From: the human T2T-CHM13v2.0 reference genome, Homo sapiens
Strand: one strand, 5' to 3'
Length of the DNA: 64,000 nt
Assembly (NCBI RefSeq): GCF_009914755.1
Contig: NC_060942.1
Both the position numbers and the translations under genes were made by a program. Positions 13,304-24,215 of this stretch are shown here, one piece after another. The notes beneath the pieces were generated by a model. The model was not told the origin of the DNA and did no database searches. It saw only the letters and a list, made by a program, of their open reading frames with translations. Positions within the stretch are counted from its first letter, which is position 1. Each line of letters opens with the position of its first letter.

Positions 13304-16199
13304 TAGTGTGTGTTGGAAAGGTGATTAGGCTTTAGTCAATAAAATGTTCACCGAAGCAATGAAGCCACCTCTAGATCTGCACTGAAATTCATCCTATGCA
13401 GTCCTCTAGCTCTTTCCCTCCACAGAAACCTTGGAGATGCTGTGTAGAAGATAGCAGAATCTAGAGAGAGAAGGACTTTGGACCTCTAACTCAGTGCTGG
13501 AAGATAGTCTCCAAGAAAAAAAAAAAAAAAGGATCTACACAGGACTCTGAAATGAAAGAGAAGTAATCTGTTGTTGTGTTAAGTTCTGAGACATTGGGGT
13601 TTATTTTTATACAAAGCATGCCCTAGAGTGTTGTGTTTGATAGCCCACAAGGTCTACACCTTCAATTCCAGTACCTAGCACAGTTCTATGCATACAGCTA
13701 AATGTTCAGTGCTTCTTAAATCAAATAGAAACAAAAACTCATATTTGGAACTGATTTTAATGAGTAAAAAGTATACAGCCATTCATAGATACTAGTGCAC
13801 AATTACTATATAAATAACATAAGAAATAAATATCAAGGAATAAAATGGTGATTATATTTAATATCTTGAAATAATTATTCTTAACAGCTATGAGTTGAAT
13901 TATTCAATTATAATGAAATGAATAGAAAATAATAATTAGTTGAGACATTTTCAGAAAATACTCATCACAATGCCCCCAAATTGTTTTTTATTTACATAAA
14001 CCATTAAGTAAATTGGTGAAATATATAGCTACACTCTTTATTACAAATTTATTGCTTTCTTAGTTAACACAATTAAAAAATCCTGGTGATTATTTATTTC
14101 CTCAGGGGGTAGAAAATATTAGTCAACAATTTTAGCAAACAGCTTAGAGCAAGGGAAGTCAGGCTTACTGGGGTTTGTGACATTTACAGCACTTGAGCCT
14201 ATGTTCATAAATGGCTTCTTTGCTTCTTCAATGGTTCTGGTCTATAGCGTCAGGTTCTGGTGGCCCCATCCACTGCATTAGTCAAGGTGAGTTCCCTAAA
14301 CATGACAAAATCTGACACAGTGCCAGTGTTGCAATCCAGCACACACTATGGATCACAAACTTTTAAAGTGGCTTTTAGAGACATAACCTTTCCCATCCTA
14401 CTGGTCTCCACAGCTGCCAGTTTTGACTCAGCAGAATGTATCAGCCTTCTTCTCCAAGTCCCACTGCTAAGAATTCAAGGATCACTTGTAGTAAACTCAA
14501 CCTAACACATTCTGGGCCACTATCATTTAATCTCTCTCCACTCACACCCTCTGAGTGGCCTCTTCTCATTCCGTTCATATCCTTATGTCTGTCTGGTTCA
14601 TTTGTACCCATGTAGTGAGATCATGGCTTTGTGTCAGTAGAATCCCTTCCAACTTCTCTTCAAGCTTCCCTGCTCAGCCTCTGGCACATCTAGAATTCAC
14701 CCTTTTTCTGCTGCTTCCACTCATCCCATCCCTCCAACGGGATGCCATAACTCCAATCACTGCTGCAGCATACCCTGCAGGGAGCTATCCAGAACCAATC
14801 CTGGCTCCGGAATGCTGGTCCCCTGCCTCTGCTCAGACCTCCATTTAATCCTCTAACAGTACGATTATTCGCAGGTACGTACCTGTGCCTCACATTCGTG
14901 TCCTTTTTGATGTAGTTAAAGCAAATACTTAAAATGTAGAACATCAAAGCCAGTCAAGAGGATGGAAATGGATGGGTCTACTTCTGGGCTGTCCCTTTTA
15001 GTGCCCCAAAGCAGAGTCACTGTGTCATGCAAGGTTTCTTCTACTCTCCTAAGACACCCTCCTAGGCCCAAATGCAGGAAACCCCAAGCCTCAGTCTTTC
15101 CTACATATTTCCCACTCAGTCTCCAAATTCAACCCCTGTCCCATAAGATACTTGGTATGTCTTATGTGAATGGCATTAGAGAGGGGAGAAGTGCAGAAAT
15201 TATCTCAAAAATTGACTATTGGTAATACTAAAATACACATGAGTCATCTTAACAGAGAGATAAAGAGTGATGCTCTACCAATTTTGTGCACAATTATTTA
15301 TTCCAAGAATTAGGGAAGATAAAGAGGTAAATATTTTCCAGAATTTCTGGAAAACTATCTCCATAAACAGCAAGGCGACTTCAGCCTAGGTAATTAGCCT
15401 GGGGGATTAACCTTAATGGACATAGCACATTACTAATGCTCTGAAATGGTCTTGAATTTATTTCATCGTGCTTCCCATTTTTAAAAAGTTTGTGTGCACA
15501 TATCGCTCCTCTTTTATGTTTAGAAATCATCATCAGATACTACTATACAAACACATTATATACACTATAAAATCTTCGTAACAAATAGAAGTTTTAAAGG
15601 ATGAGATGAGAAAAGGAAAGAAGGGGAAAAAAAAAGAAACTCTCCCAGTTAAGAGTCCTACACATTCCCTGAGTGACAGGAATCCCACTTTGGCAATGAG
15701 TATACTAAGAAAAGTGTGGTAAGCTCACTAAAAGGATGAGTGGTATGACTTGGCAAAGAAGAGACATAAGTGGACAGAACTTTAAAGGCCTATTTCTGAA
15801 TTCCTGCTTGTGAAATTTCTCTCTGCAGCTGGAACATGCATTATTTGTGTCTTTCTTTTATGAATATAAGACAGTGTATATTGTTATGGATGCCATGGAT
15901 AGATCTATCATCATAAAGAAACCTATGGGATATTCAACATTTCCCAGCTGACTTTGTTCTCTGATTCTGTTGCCTGAATTCTTCTGATCTGATTTGCTTC
16001 CTTGAAGAATTCTTCCTCCCATTCCTTGCAAAACTTCCTTCTTGTGGATCCATCTACAGGAATCCTTCTATGAGAAGATGTGGAGGTGTTGGTGGGGATA
16101 GAGGATCCAAGTGCCTTGGCATCTTTGTTTCCGTACACTAGGCACCTACTAAAACCAGCTAAAGGGCATCATGAGCTGTCCTTGACTCTCTAGAGCACA

Positions 16200-16780
16200 A
16201 ATAACATTTATCTCTGGGCAGCGGGCAGCACCAACGCGAGTTTTTGTCAACCTGTCAATTTTTTTTTTCCTTAAACAGAAAGCAGAGTTCAGTAAATAAA
16301 GATAAATGATTGTGCTCTTTCTCTGCAGACCCTGGAGCTAAACTGAACAGGCCTTTTATGGTTTGGCCCTGCTTCATTGACTGTTCAGACAGCCCAGTAA
16401 TACGACAGATGTACCCAGCCGTTCCCTCTTCCCCGCTGTCCATTAGATTATGTTCATTTTGTCTGAGATGCCATTAGAAATCTCAAGGTCAAAGAAGTCG
16501 CAAGGAAGAAAAGAGGATGACTAATTTTTTCCTGCAGCCCTTCATTGCCCAAAGAGCCTCCAGACAGGTGGGCTCCTGCTTTGTGAGGGGCACAAAGAGG
16601 GGGGCACCATGCAATTTACTTAAAAGAAAATGCAGGTGTGCAATTAACGCAGACACACTTCTGGCAAAAAGCACGGCTTGGCATTGGAAGTTTTATTTGA
16701 ATCAGGGGAGAATATTATTTGAGATATTTTCCTAAATGACAAATGAATGATTTACCTGCAGCAATGTGTTAAGAAAGAGT
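16200..16780. promoter_or_regulatory. Candidate developmental enhancer (unique, motif-dense)
   Basis: Paired TGTCA (16245, 16253), TTTTATGG (16354), TCAAGGTCA (16483), TGATTTAC (16748) and several retained CpGs. No repeat similarity seen. Confidence 0.4.
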
Positions 16781-16804
16781 TTGTGGAGCAGAAGAGGCTT
16801 ACGT

Positions 16805-16835
16805 TTTCCTTTCTGTCTTGTCTTTTCTTTCTTTC

Positions 16836-16890
<55 letters not shown>

Positions 16891-16912
16891 CTTTCTTTCT
16901 TCTTTCTTTCTT
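16805..16912. repeat. (CTTT)n polypyrimidine tetranucleotide repeat
   Basis: Seen directly. Confidence 0.96.
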
Positions 16913-17999
16913 GAAAAAGTGGTAATGGTGTTTTGCTCCTAAACAGTGTTTCCCTTGGGATTTCTTGAGAATATCATGCAAATAGGGAATTTGTCACTGT
17001 TTGGCAGCTGTGATTATGCATGTAATGGTCCTTGAATTTATACAGTGTGTTACTCCTGAGCTCAAAGTACTTAATGCACATGGCCACATCATTAACACTT
17101 AAGAGTCACAGAATGTGAAAACTGGAAGAGACTGTGAGGATTACCTGCGTCAACGCCTCCATAGACAGAAAAATACACAGTGCTGTTATGGATCCTCTAC
17201 TTGCTTTGTTCATGTGAGTCAGGTTATCCTTCTAAATAGTGGTAGGGACTATATTGTCTTCATCTCTAAAAGCCCTCACAGCATCTGGTTTAAGCCTGAG
17301 TACAAGAGAAACAGAGAGATGTATGTACACTGGCAATTAGAATTATAGAATCAAAAAGCTAGAAACTTAAACACCTAATCTCTTCAGAAATGTAAGAATT
17401 TTGCTCAATGTTCAGAAAGAGGCATAAAGAGAAAGTTATGTAAGAGGGCTCCACGTTCCATCACTATTAACAGATCCACTCTCATTTAATTTTTAAATAA
17501 TTTGTGAGATGTGATATGAGAGTACTGTTTGAAGAAAAGTTTTCCATTGCTTAGAAAATAAATTGGAGAAATTTTTATATAGCACCCCAACAAGATTATC
17601 ATCTAACATTTCCTTATGCAAGTCCATGAGAAACAACAGACTTTAATTCCTATTTCACAACACCTTGTTGAGTTGGGGCCATGCAAGGCAACAGTGTGTA
17701 TGACACACCAGCAGAGTGACCACATGTAAGTTTGTGATGCTTTTGTTTCTATTCAATTGCATTCAAGAATTATGTATTGAGCATTGTCTTATGGTTTTCA
17801 TTGTACTAGGCTGAAGGTTATATTGAGAACAAAATACAACTCTATGAGCTTTTCAATTTATTTGAGCAGAGAAAACTCACAAAATCCATAAATGACCCTA
17901 TTTTTAAGAATATGAATGCCAATAAGCACAGTTAAGAACATAAGAGAATTGTAAAATGACAAATCAGATGAAAAGAGGAAAAACTTGAATTGGAGTTTA

Positions 18000-18160
18000 T
18001 TGAAGTTATAAGAGATCTTGTAGACCATTTCTTTAATGGATGGGTAAGCTGAGGCCCAAAGAAATAATGTGACTTGTCCACAATTTCCCAAGTCAGAAGA
18101 AACATAATTGATACTGTTCCACACATCTCCTCAACCTCCAGTTTATTGTGCTTTTTTACT
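18000..18160 (-). mobile_element. MIR fragment
   Basis: GATGGGTAAGCTGAGGCCCAAAGAAATAATGTGACTTGTCCAC. Confidence 0.7.
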
Positions 18161-18539
18161 TTGTGCTGTCTTCTCTAGACTAGGGAGAATTAGACTATTT
18201 GAAGAAATGAGGGTTAAAACTAGGAAAGGAGAGAGCAGTTCTCCTTTGATATAGGAGGAAGAACTAAGATATGGCGCTCCGTGGGCCATGGCCAAGATAC
18301 CTGACACAGGAAGACCTTAGAATTCATTTAGCAAGCAATCATTGAATGAGTTCCCAGTATAAAGCACCATACTAGACTCAATGGGAGTGACAAAAAATAG
18401 ATAATACAGTTTCTGAGCTTAAGGAACTCTCTAGAGTAAGGAGATGAGAAGTACTCAGAGATGTCTATAAATCATGGTAAGGTGATCTTCATGATAGAGG
18501 GGCAATCACAGTGCTTCAAAGGCTGAGAGCATTTACATA

Positions 18540-19642
18540 CAAATGACTGTCAAATCTCTTCTAGATTTAGCTTCTGCTTTCCAGACCCATACATCCACCT
18601 GCCTGTTGGCATTCCCACCTGGATGTCTCATAATCTCCTCAGTGTCAAAAATTCAAAACTGAATTCATAACTTCCACCCCCCTGCATCTTCCAAATCCAA
18701 TCCTCCTCCTGAGTTCCCCATCTCAGCAACACACTTTAGTTTTCCACCTTAGTAAGTGGCAACACCATCCTGACACCACCTCCCATGTTACTCAAGCCAG
18801 GAATATGGAGGTCATCCTTCAGTCTTCCCATCCATTCACTTTTTACATCCAGTCATCTCTGAGTGGTTTCCTCTCTTGGATGGCTCTAAAAACTCAGGAC
18901 TCAGTGCCAATGACCTAGTCCAAGACCCCATTATCTTCCTCCTGGATGATGGCATGAATGTACTAACTGCTATCTTTGCTTCCTAACTCCTCTCCTCCTC
19001 CAATTAAATATATAATATACACTCAAACATAAATGAACATTCTTTAACTCACATCTAGTTCTATCTTTCTTCTTACCATTGCTTTTAGCATTAAGTACAA
19101 AACTGCTTAACATCTTGCAAAGCTTCTTTCTCATTTTTCCCCTGCTCACTTTCCCAGTCTCATCTCCCACCAATTTTATTTCCCCTTACAATATCCCATC
19201 TACTCCATTAATATTGGGTTCTGCTTGATTCCTTGGTATTGTCATATTTTCTTCCCTTTGTACATACTGTTTCCCTATCTGAATCCCTGTTACATTCTTT
19301 CCACCCAGTCACACAGCCATACACATGAAGACAATGCAGATATGCATACATATTTCACACGGCTAGCTTCAACTCGTCTTTAGATTTCAGCTTAAGCCTC
19401 ACTTCTTTTAGAGGAGTTTCCTTGACTCCCTAGACCCTGTTTCCATAGTATTTTATTTGCTTAGACCCTGTTTCTATAGCATCTTATTTGCTCCATCACA
19501 ATATGTGCCTCACTTTATGCTAATTTCTTAAATGTCTGTCTTCTCCATAGAACTGAAAGGTCTGACTTGTGCCTCAAATTGTCCCTGGTGTTTAGCACAA
19601 AACACGCACATGATGCTTAATAAATATTGGATAAATGAATGA
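18540..19642 (+). mobile_element. LINE-2 3' portion
   Basis: CCAGACCCATACATCCACCTGCCTG...CACCTGGATGTCTC and terminal GCTTAATAAATATTGGATAAATGAATG. Confidence 0.85.
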
Positions 19643-21236
19643 TTACTCAATGATAACCAGACCATTTAATCTGAGGCAAGCAAGTCTCCAAGAGATAGAA
19701 AGGAGGACACTCTTTAAGTGAGAATTAGGCACATTGGAAGCAATTTAAAGGGTCCTTATCCCAGCAGGATGGTGCCATGCCTGGATCAGACCACAGCTGA
19801 GATCGTCATTTTCCTGAGCATTAAATTCATTCACAAATGTTAATGGGTCTGAAAAAAATAATTACAATGGTAACAAATTAGGGGTCTGTTACACTAACTA
19901 ACTTTTCTCTATTAACGCAGAATTTACTTTGAAGAGCAGAAAGAGCCAAGTGAGCAGATTTCATAATTGCAGAACTTTATTTTCACTTTGCTCTAACTTT
20001 CCCAGTGAAACAGAACATAAAGAAAGCTTTTTGCAAATGGATAATTACACACCACATCTCAGGATTATGAGATACTGTGTAACCTTTTCTCCTCCTTTTG
20101 TAATGTGACCGAGCACCATCATAGAGCTATTCTTGCCCTTATGGGGAAAGAAAGCACTTCAAGTCACTCTTTATGTCTACAAGCATGATTTCATGTTTAT
20201 TAACATATACTCATAAAATTTGTAATTTTTTGCAGTACCTGAAAAGATTATGTAGATCAGCTAATACAAACTTCTATTCTAAGAAGCTGAAACTAAGGTC
20301 AAGAAAAGTTAAACACCTCCTTGTAACATGAAAATCCTGGAATAAGAGAAACTTACATCAAATGAACAGTAATGACTGCCTTTGTAGAGACATGAAATAG
20401 AGTGTCAGCCTTAGGTATGGGAAGAGAAGATACAGTGGAGACAGATGTCAAATCAAAAACAAATCAAAATAAATAGCAAAAGTGTACTTATTTAGCTCAT
20501 ATGTCTTAAGACAAACCATTTATTTGACATTTAACCTCTGCACACACAGAAAAGTAAGATACCATAATGTAAAGAGCACAGATTATGGAATCATACAGAC
20601 TTACCTCCAACCCAAAATGCATCCCAACCCCACAACTACAGAATTTCTCTTAGTGTGTGCTCCAGGTACTCATCAAGCCCACCAATATATCATGTTTGGG
20701 CAACTTTGGCAATTATGTCCATTTTCATAACTTAAGTGTTCAGAGCTTAATCATGCATGTGGGAAAAACCCCAGACAGCTCTGTAATGATGACCTTTCAT
20801 ATGGTTTCTTTCCCTATCATCCAAGTGCTAAGAACTATCTATTTTGAGTCACTTCAAATATTTAGATTCAACACCCTTTCTCTCAAGGCCTTCAATTTGT
20901 ATCTGGGTGATGGCTACCTGGATCATTGTGGGCAAATATGTGGTTCAATTGGTCATTTGAAGTGATACAGACCAAACAACAGGTTGACTACCTCTTATCT
21001 TTTCAACGTGTATTATTTAATCTCATTCATTTGAAAAGTTTTCCACAGTCAAGGAAGTTAGTTCACATGTCTTACTAAACTCAAAAAACCAAACCCGTGA
21101 TCAAAGGTTTCAGAAGATTCATCCATAGAATTCAAAGAATGAAAGATTCTTAAAGGATCTCTGTTTCATTCACCTGTTTAAGGAAGTAACATGCATATTT
21201 TTACAAAGTAATTCAACTTTGAAAATCTTTGATAAA

Positions 21237-22562
21237 TCCACTGAAAAAACTCTTGCTAAAGTCAACAATGACCTCTGTGTTGCTAAATTCAATGATCGTA
21301 TGTTAATCCTTGATCTGGCCTCTTCCATCAGTAGCATTTAAAACAACTAACCACTCCCTTTTCTATGAAGTCCTTTCTTCTTTTGTCCTTTGCAACAATG
21401 CCCTTATTTCATCCTGGCACACTGGCTGTTCATTCTCATACTCCTTTTTGAACTTGTCTTCATTGACCTAACTTTAAACATTGGGCTGCTCCATCTAAGA
21501 TTTTAGATATCTTTATTATTTACACACATGCCCTGAGCAGTTTCATCCAAGTGTGTGACTTCAGATATTATCTAAATGTTCTTGACTTCCATCGCATGCC
21601 TCTATACTGAATTCCATAATCTTATAACCAACTGCCTTTTCAAAATCTACAGCTGGATGTCTAACAGGCATTGGACTTTAACCTGTATAAAGTAATAATA
21701 TCGATTTTACCCCAACCCTGAACTTCCTGCTGCCTTCTCCATCACTAAAAATGATTGTTGCATTTTTTCATGCACTCAGGTTAAAAACTTGAAGTCAACA
21801 TCTCATCCTCTCTTGAACTCATAACTTACCTCCAACTCAAAAGAAAATCCCATTATCTTCACTTTCGAAATAGAAAACAGAGTGTAGCCATTTTTCTGCC
21901 CCCAACTACTCAGTCCAAGCTATCATCATTCCTCAGCAAAAACATTGCAATAGCTTTTTAGTTGGTCTCCCTACTTTTACCTATAGAAACTCAAATAATT
22001 TTTTAAAAAACTTAATTCTGATTATAACTGTCCTCTTCTCAAATTCTTCTAGGGGTTCCCCATTTTACCAGAGCAGAAGGTAAGTATTCCCATGAACTAT
22101 AAAGCTCTGCATAAGCGAGCTCCCCGCTATCTCACTGGACAAATCTCTGACCTCTCTCTTTTTACCCTGCTGTAGCCACCACTGTTTTTCTGCTATTTTT
22201 CAAAGGTACTAAGCCTTCTGCCTCGAAACTTTTCTCTTGCTATTTTCCTGGACAAGAAAACAAATGTTTCATCTCCACTTTTTGTTTCTCCACTAATCTT
22301 TCCCCTAAAATAGCATGTTCTTATTCTGGGTTCTTCCTATCCTCATTTTTCTGTTATATTTATCTCCAGGCCCTTGTCCTCATCCAGTTTACTGCCTGTT
22401 ATTTATGATCTATCTTTCCTCGTCAACCGCACTAGAAGGTAAATTCCACATAAGCAAGAAATTTATTTTGTTCACTGTCAATCCTCACTGCCTAGAATAG
22501 TACCTGGTGCATAGTAGGGAGACAATAAAATCATCATATTTGAATGAATAAATAAATAAATA
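21237..22562 (+). mobile_element. LINE-2: decayed ORF2 reverse-transcriptase region through the 3' end
   Basis: CTTGCTAAAGTCAACAATGACCTC encodes an LAKVNNDL motif typical of L2 RT. 3' end GCCTAGAATAGTACCTGGTGCATAGTAGG...TGAATGAATAAA. Confidence 0.85.
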
Positions 22563-22909
22563 AATGGTAATTGTATCAAATAAGTGTTAAGCCTCAAGAA
22601 AAAACATGGCTACTTTACAGTTGATGCTACAAAGACCCACAGGAATGGGGGCTCAAATTATTAGTCAAGATACCAGTGTTATAATTTGAGGAAAACTAAG
22701 CAAGTTATTCAGCTCAAGAAAACCCCTTAAGTTGAATGGCATTGGAACTTAATTTTTTATCTAAATATAAAAAGCTCCAGTGGAAAAAAAAAAAAAAAAA
22801 AAAAAGCCTCTATCTCACCAATGAAGCCACAGGAGCAAAAACTGACATGTTGCCCCACATTCTAGTTGGCTTAGCACTACTTATACCATAGTCAGGAAAA
22901 AAAAAAAAA

Positions 22910-23052
22910 TACCTCAGGGAGGCTGAGGCAGGAGAATGGCGTGAGCCCGGCCGGCGGAGCTTGCAGTGAGCCGAGATCGCGTCACTGCACTCCAGCCTGG
23001 GCAATAGAGCAAGACTCTGTCTAAAAACAAAAACAAACAAACAAAAAAAAAG
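22910..23052 (+). mobile_element. 5'-truncated AluY (right-arm 3' half)
   Basis: GGAGAATGGCGTGAGCCCGGCCGGCGGAGCTTGCAGTGAGCCGAGATCGCG with many CpGs retained and an A/C-rich tail. Confidence 0.93.
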
Positions 23053-23539
23053 AAAGTCATCTAGTTATGGTCCCCCAGATAAATGAAATCTTCAGCATTT
23101 TTCACAAACATGACTCTAGCAAAAAAAAAAAAAAAAAGAGAGAGAGAACAAAGGTTTTTTTCTACTTTTTCAAAGCTGGTAATCTTGGTTAACTTTGTAT
23201 TTATTTTTCTTTTAGATATTTGTGTTATTTGATTTGGTGAGCAGGTTTTGCAACCTGATTCTCTTTATAAGTAAACATTTCCTTTTCTTTTCTCTGAGTC
23301 ATCCTATGACCAAGCTTTCCCTGAGAGTAGTGTCCCCATTAATCAATCATTTCTCTAAACGCCTCAGCACCCTGGTCAGTACTATACAATTTAGCACCTA
23401 ATAATGTAACTTTGATGTTATTTGCTGTAATTTCATGCATCCCTACCACAGCAGTTAGCACATTACACTTCACATACTAGATATACAATAAATATTTGTT
23501 ACTTTATAGGCACAATGGTATTACTTTAAAAGTCCTGGA

Positions 23540-23715
23540 TATGAAAGTTGAAAGAACTCCATTTACATCCAGGGTTTGTTGCTGATTAGCTAGAAAATCT
23601 TGATCAGGCGGCTTAATTTCTCTACATTGAGTCTCTTTATCTGTAAAAGGTAATAATATCTCTCTCCCTTCACAGGGAGGAGAGTAGATCAAGTCATTCA
23701 TGGGAAGCCCATAGA
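23540..23715 (+). mobile_element. MIR fragment
   Basis: CTTAATTTCTCTACATTGAGTCTCTTTATCTGTAAAAGGTAATAAT. Confidence 0.7.
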
Positions 23716-23799
23716 GCTGCAGCTTATATATTACAGATGTCTCTGCTCTTGGCTGGATCTGAATCTAAGTTAGTTTCCTGTAAGAGTGCAGCTTCTGGA

Positions 23800-23980
23800 G
23801 CCTGAGTTCGCAACCCTAACCATGTTGTAGAATCACTTGAAAGGACTTTAAAAAAATCACTGATTCCCAGGCCCCACCCCAGATTAATTAGCTCCTTGGA
23901 GAAAAAAGTCTAATCATAGGTAATTTTTCAAAATTGTCCAGGTGATTCTAATGTACAACCAAGGTTGCGAATAATATCAC
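23800..23980. mobile_element. MER5B (hAT-Charlie MITE)
   Basis: TAGAATCACTTG...CCCAGGCCCCACCCCAGA...CCAGGTGATTCTAATGTACAACCAAGGTTG; quasi-palindromic. Confidence 0.85.
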
Positions 23981-23984
23981 TGAA

Positions 23985-24215
23985 GTAGGTCTGCCTAAAT
24001 TCAGATCCCAGCTCCACCACTTATCTTTTATGCAACTTAAGGCAAGTAAATTAATCTCTCTAGGCTTCATTCTCTCAGTCTGTAAAATGGGGTTAATAAT
24101 GGTTCCTTTCTCACCAAGTTGTTATGAGGATTGAAAGAGATAATCCATGGAAGGTGCTTCGAATACCATCAAGGACATAGTTAGAGCTCAATAAATGAAA
24201 GCTAAGATTATTAAT
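23985..24215 (+). mobile_element. MIR
   Basis: GATCCCAGCTCCACCACTTA...TCTGTAAAATGGGGTTAATAAT...GCTCAATAAATG. Confidence 0.9.

Larger units (their letters stand above)
12285..13645 (+). mobile_element. Degenerate MaLR (MLT1) element: LTR end, internal region and LTR, interrupted by an Alu and a Tigger2a
   Basis: LTR-end-like TTTGTTACTG...TACA at ~12340. MLT1-int-like GATGCTATAACAAACACCTAA and AACTGTTGCCTGCTAGAACTTGGAAG. LTR-like TTGTTGTGTTAAGTTCTGAGACATTGGGG at ~13570-13600. Confidence 0.6.

Noticed and set aside
14555-14848. 97-aa ORF ending AYPAGSYPEPILAPECWSPASAQTSI
   Set aside because: Looks protein-like, but has a non-ATG start and no family I recognise. A BLASTP/PhyloCSF hit would be needed.
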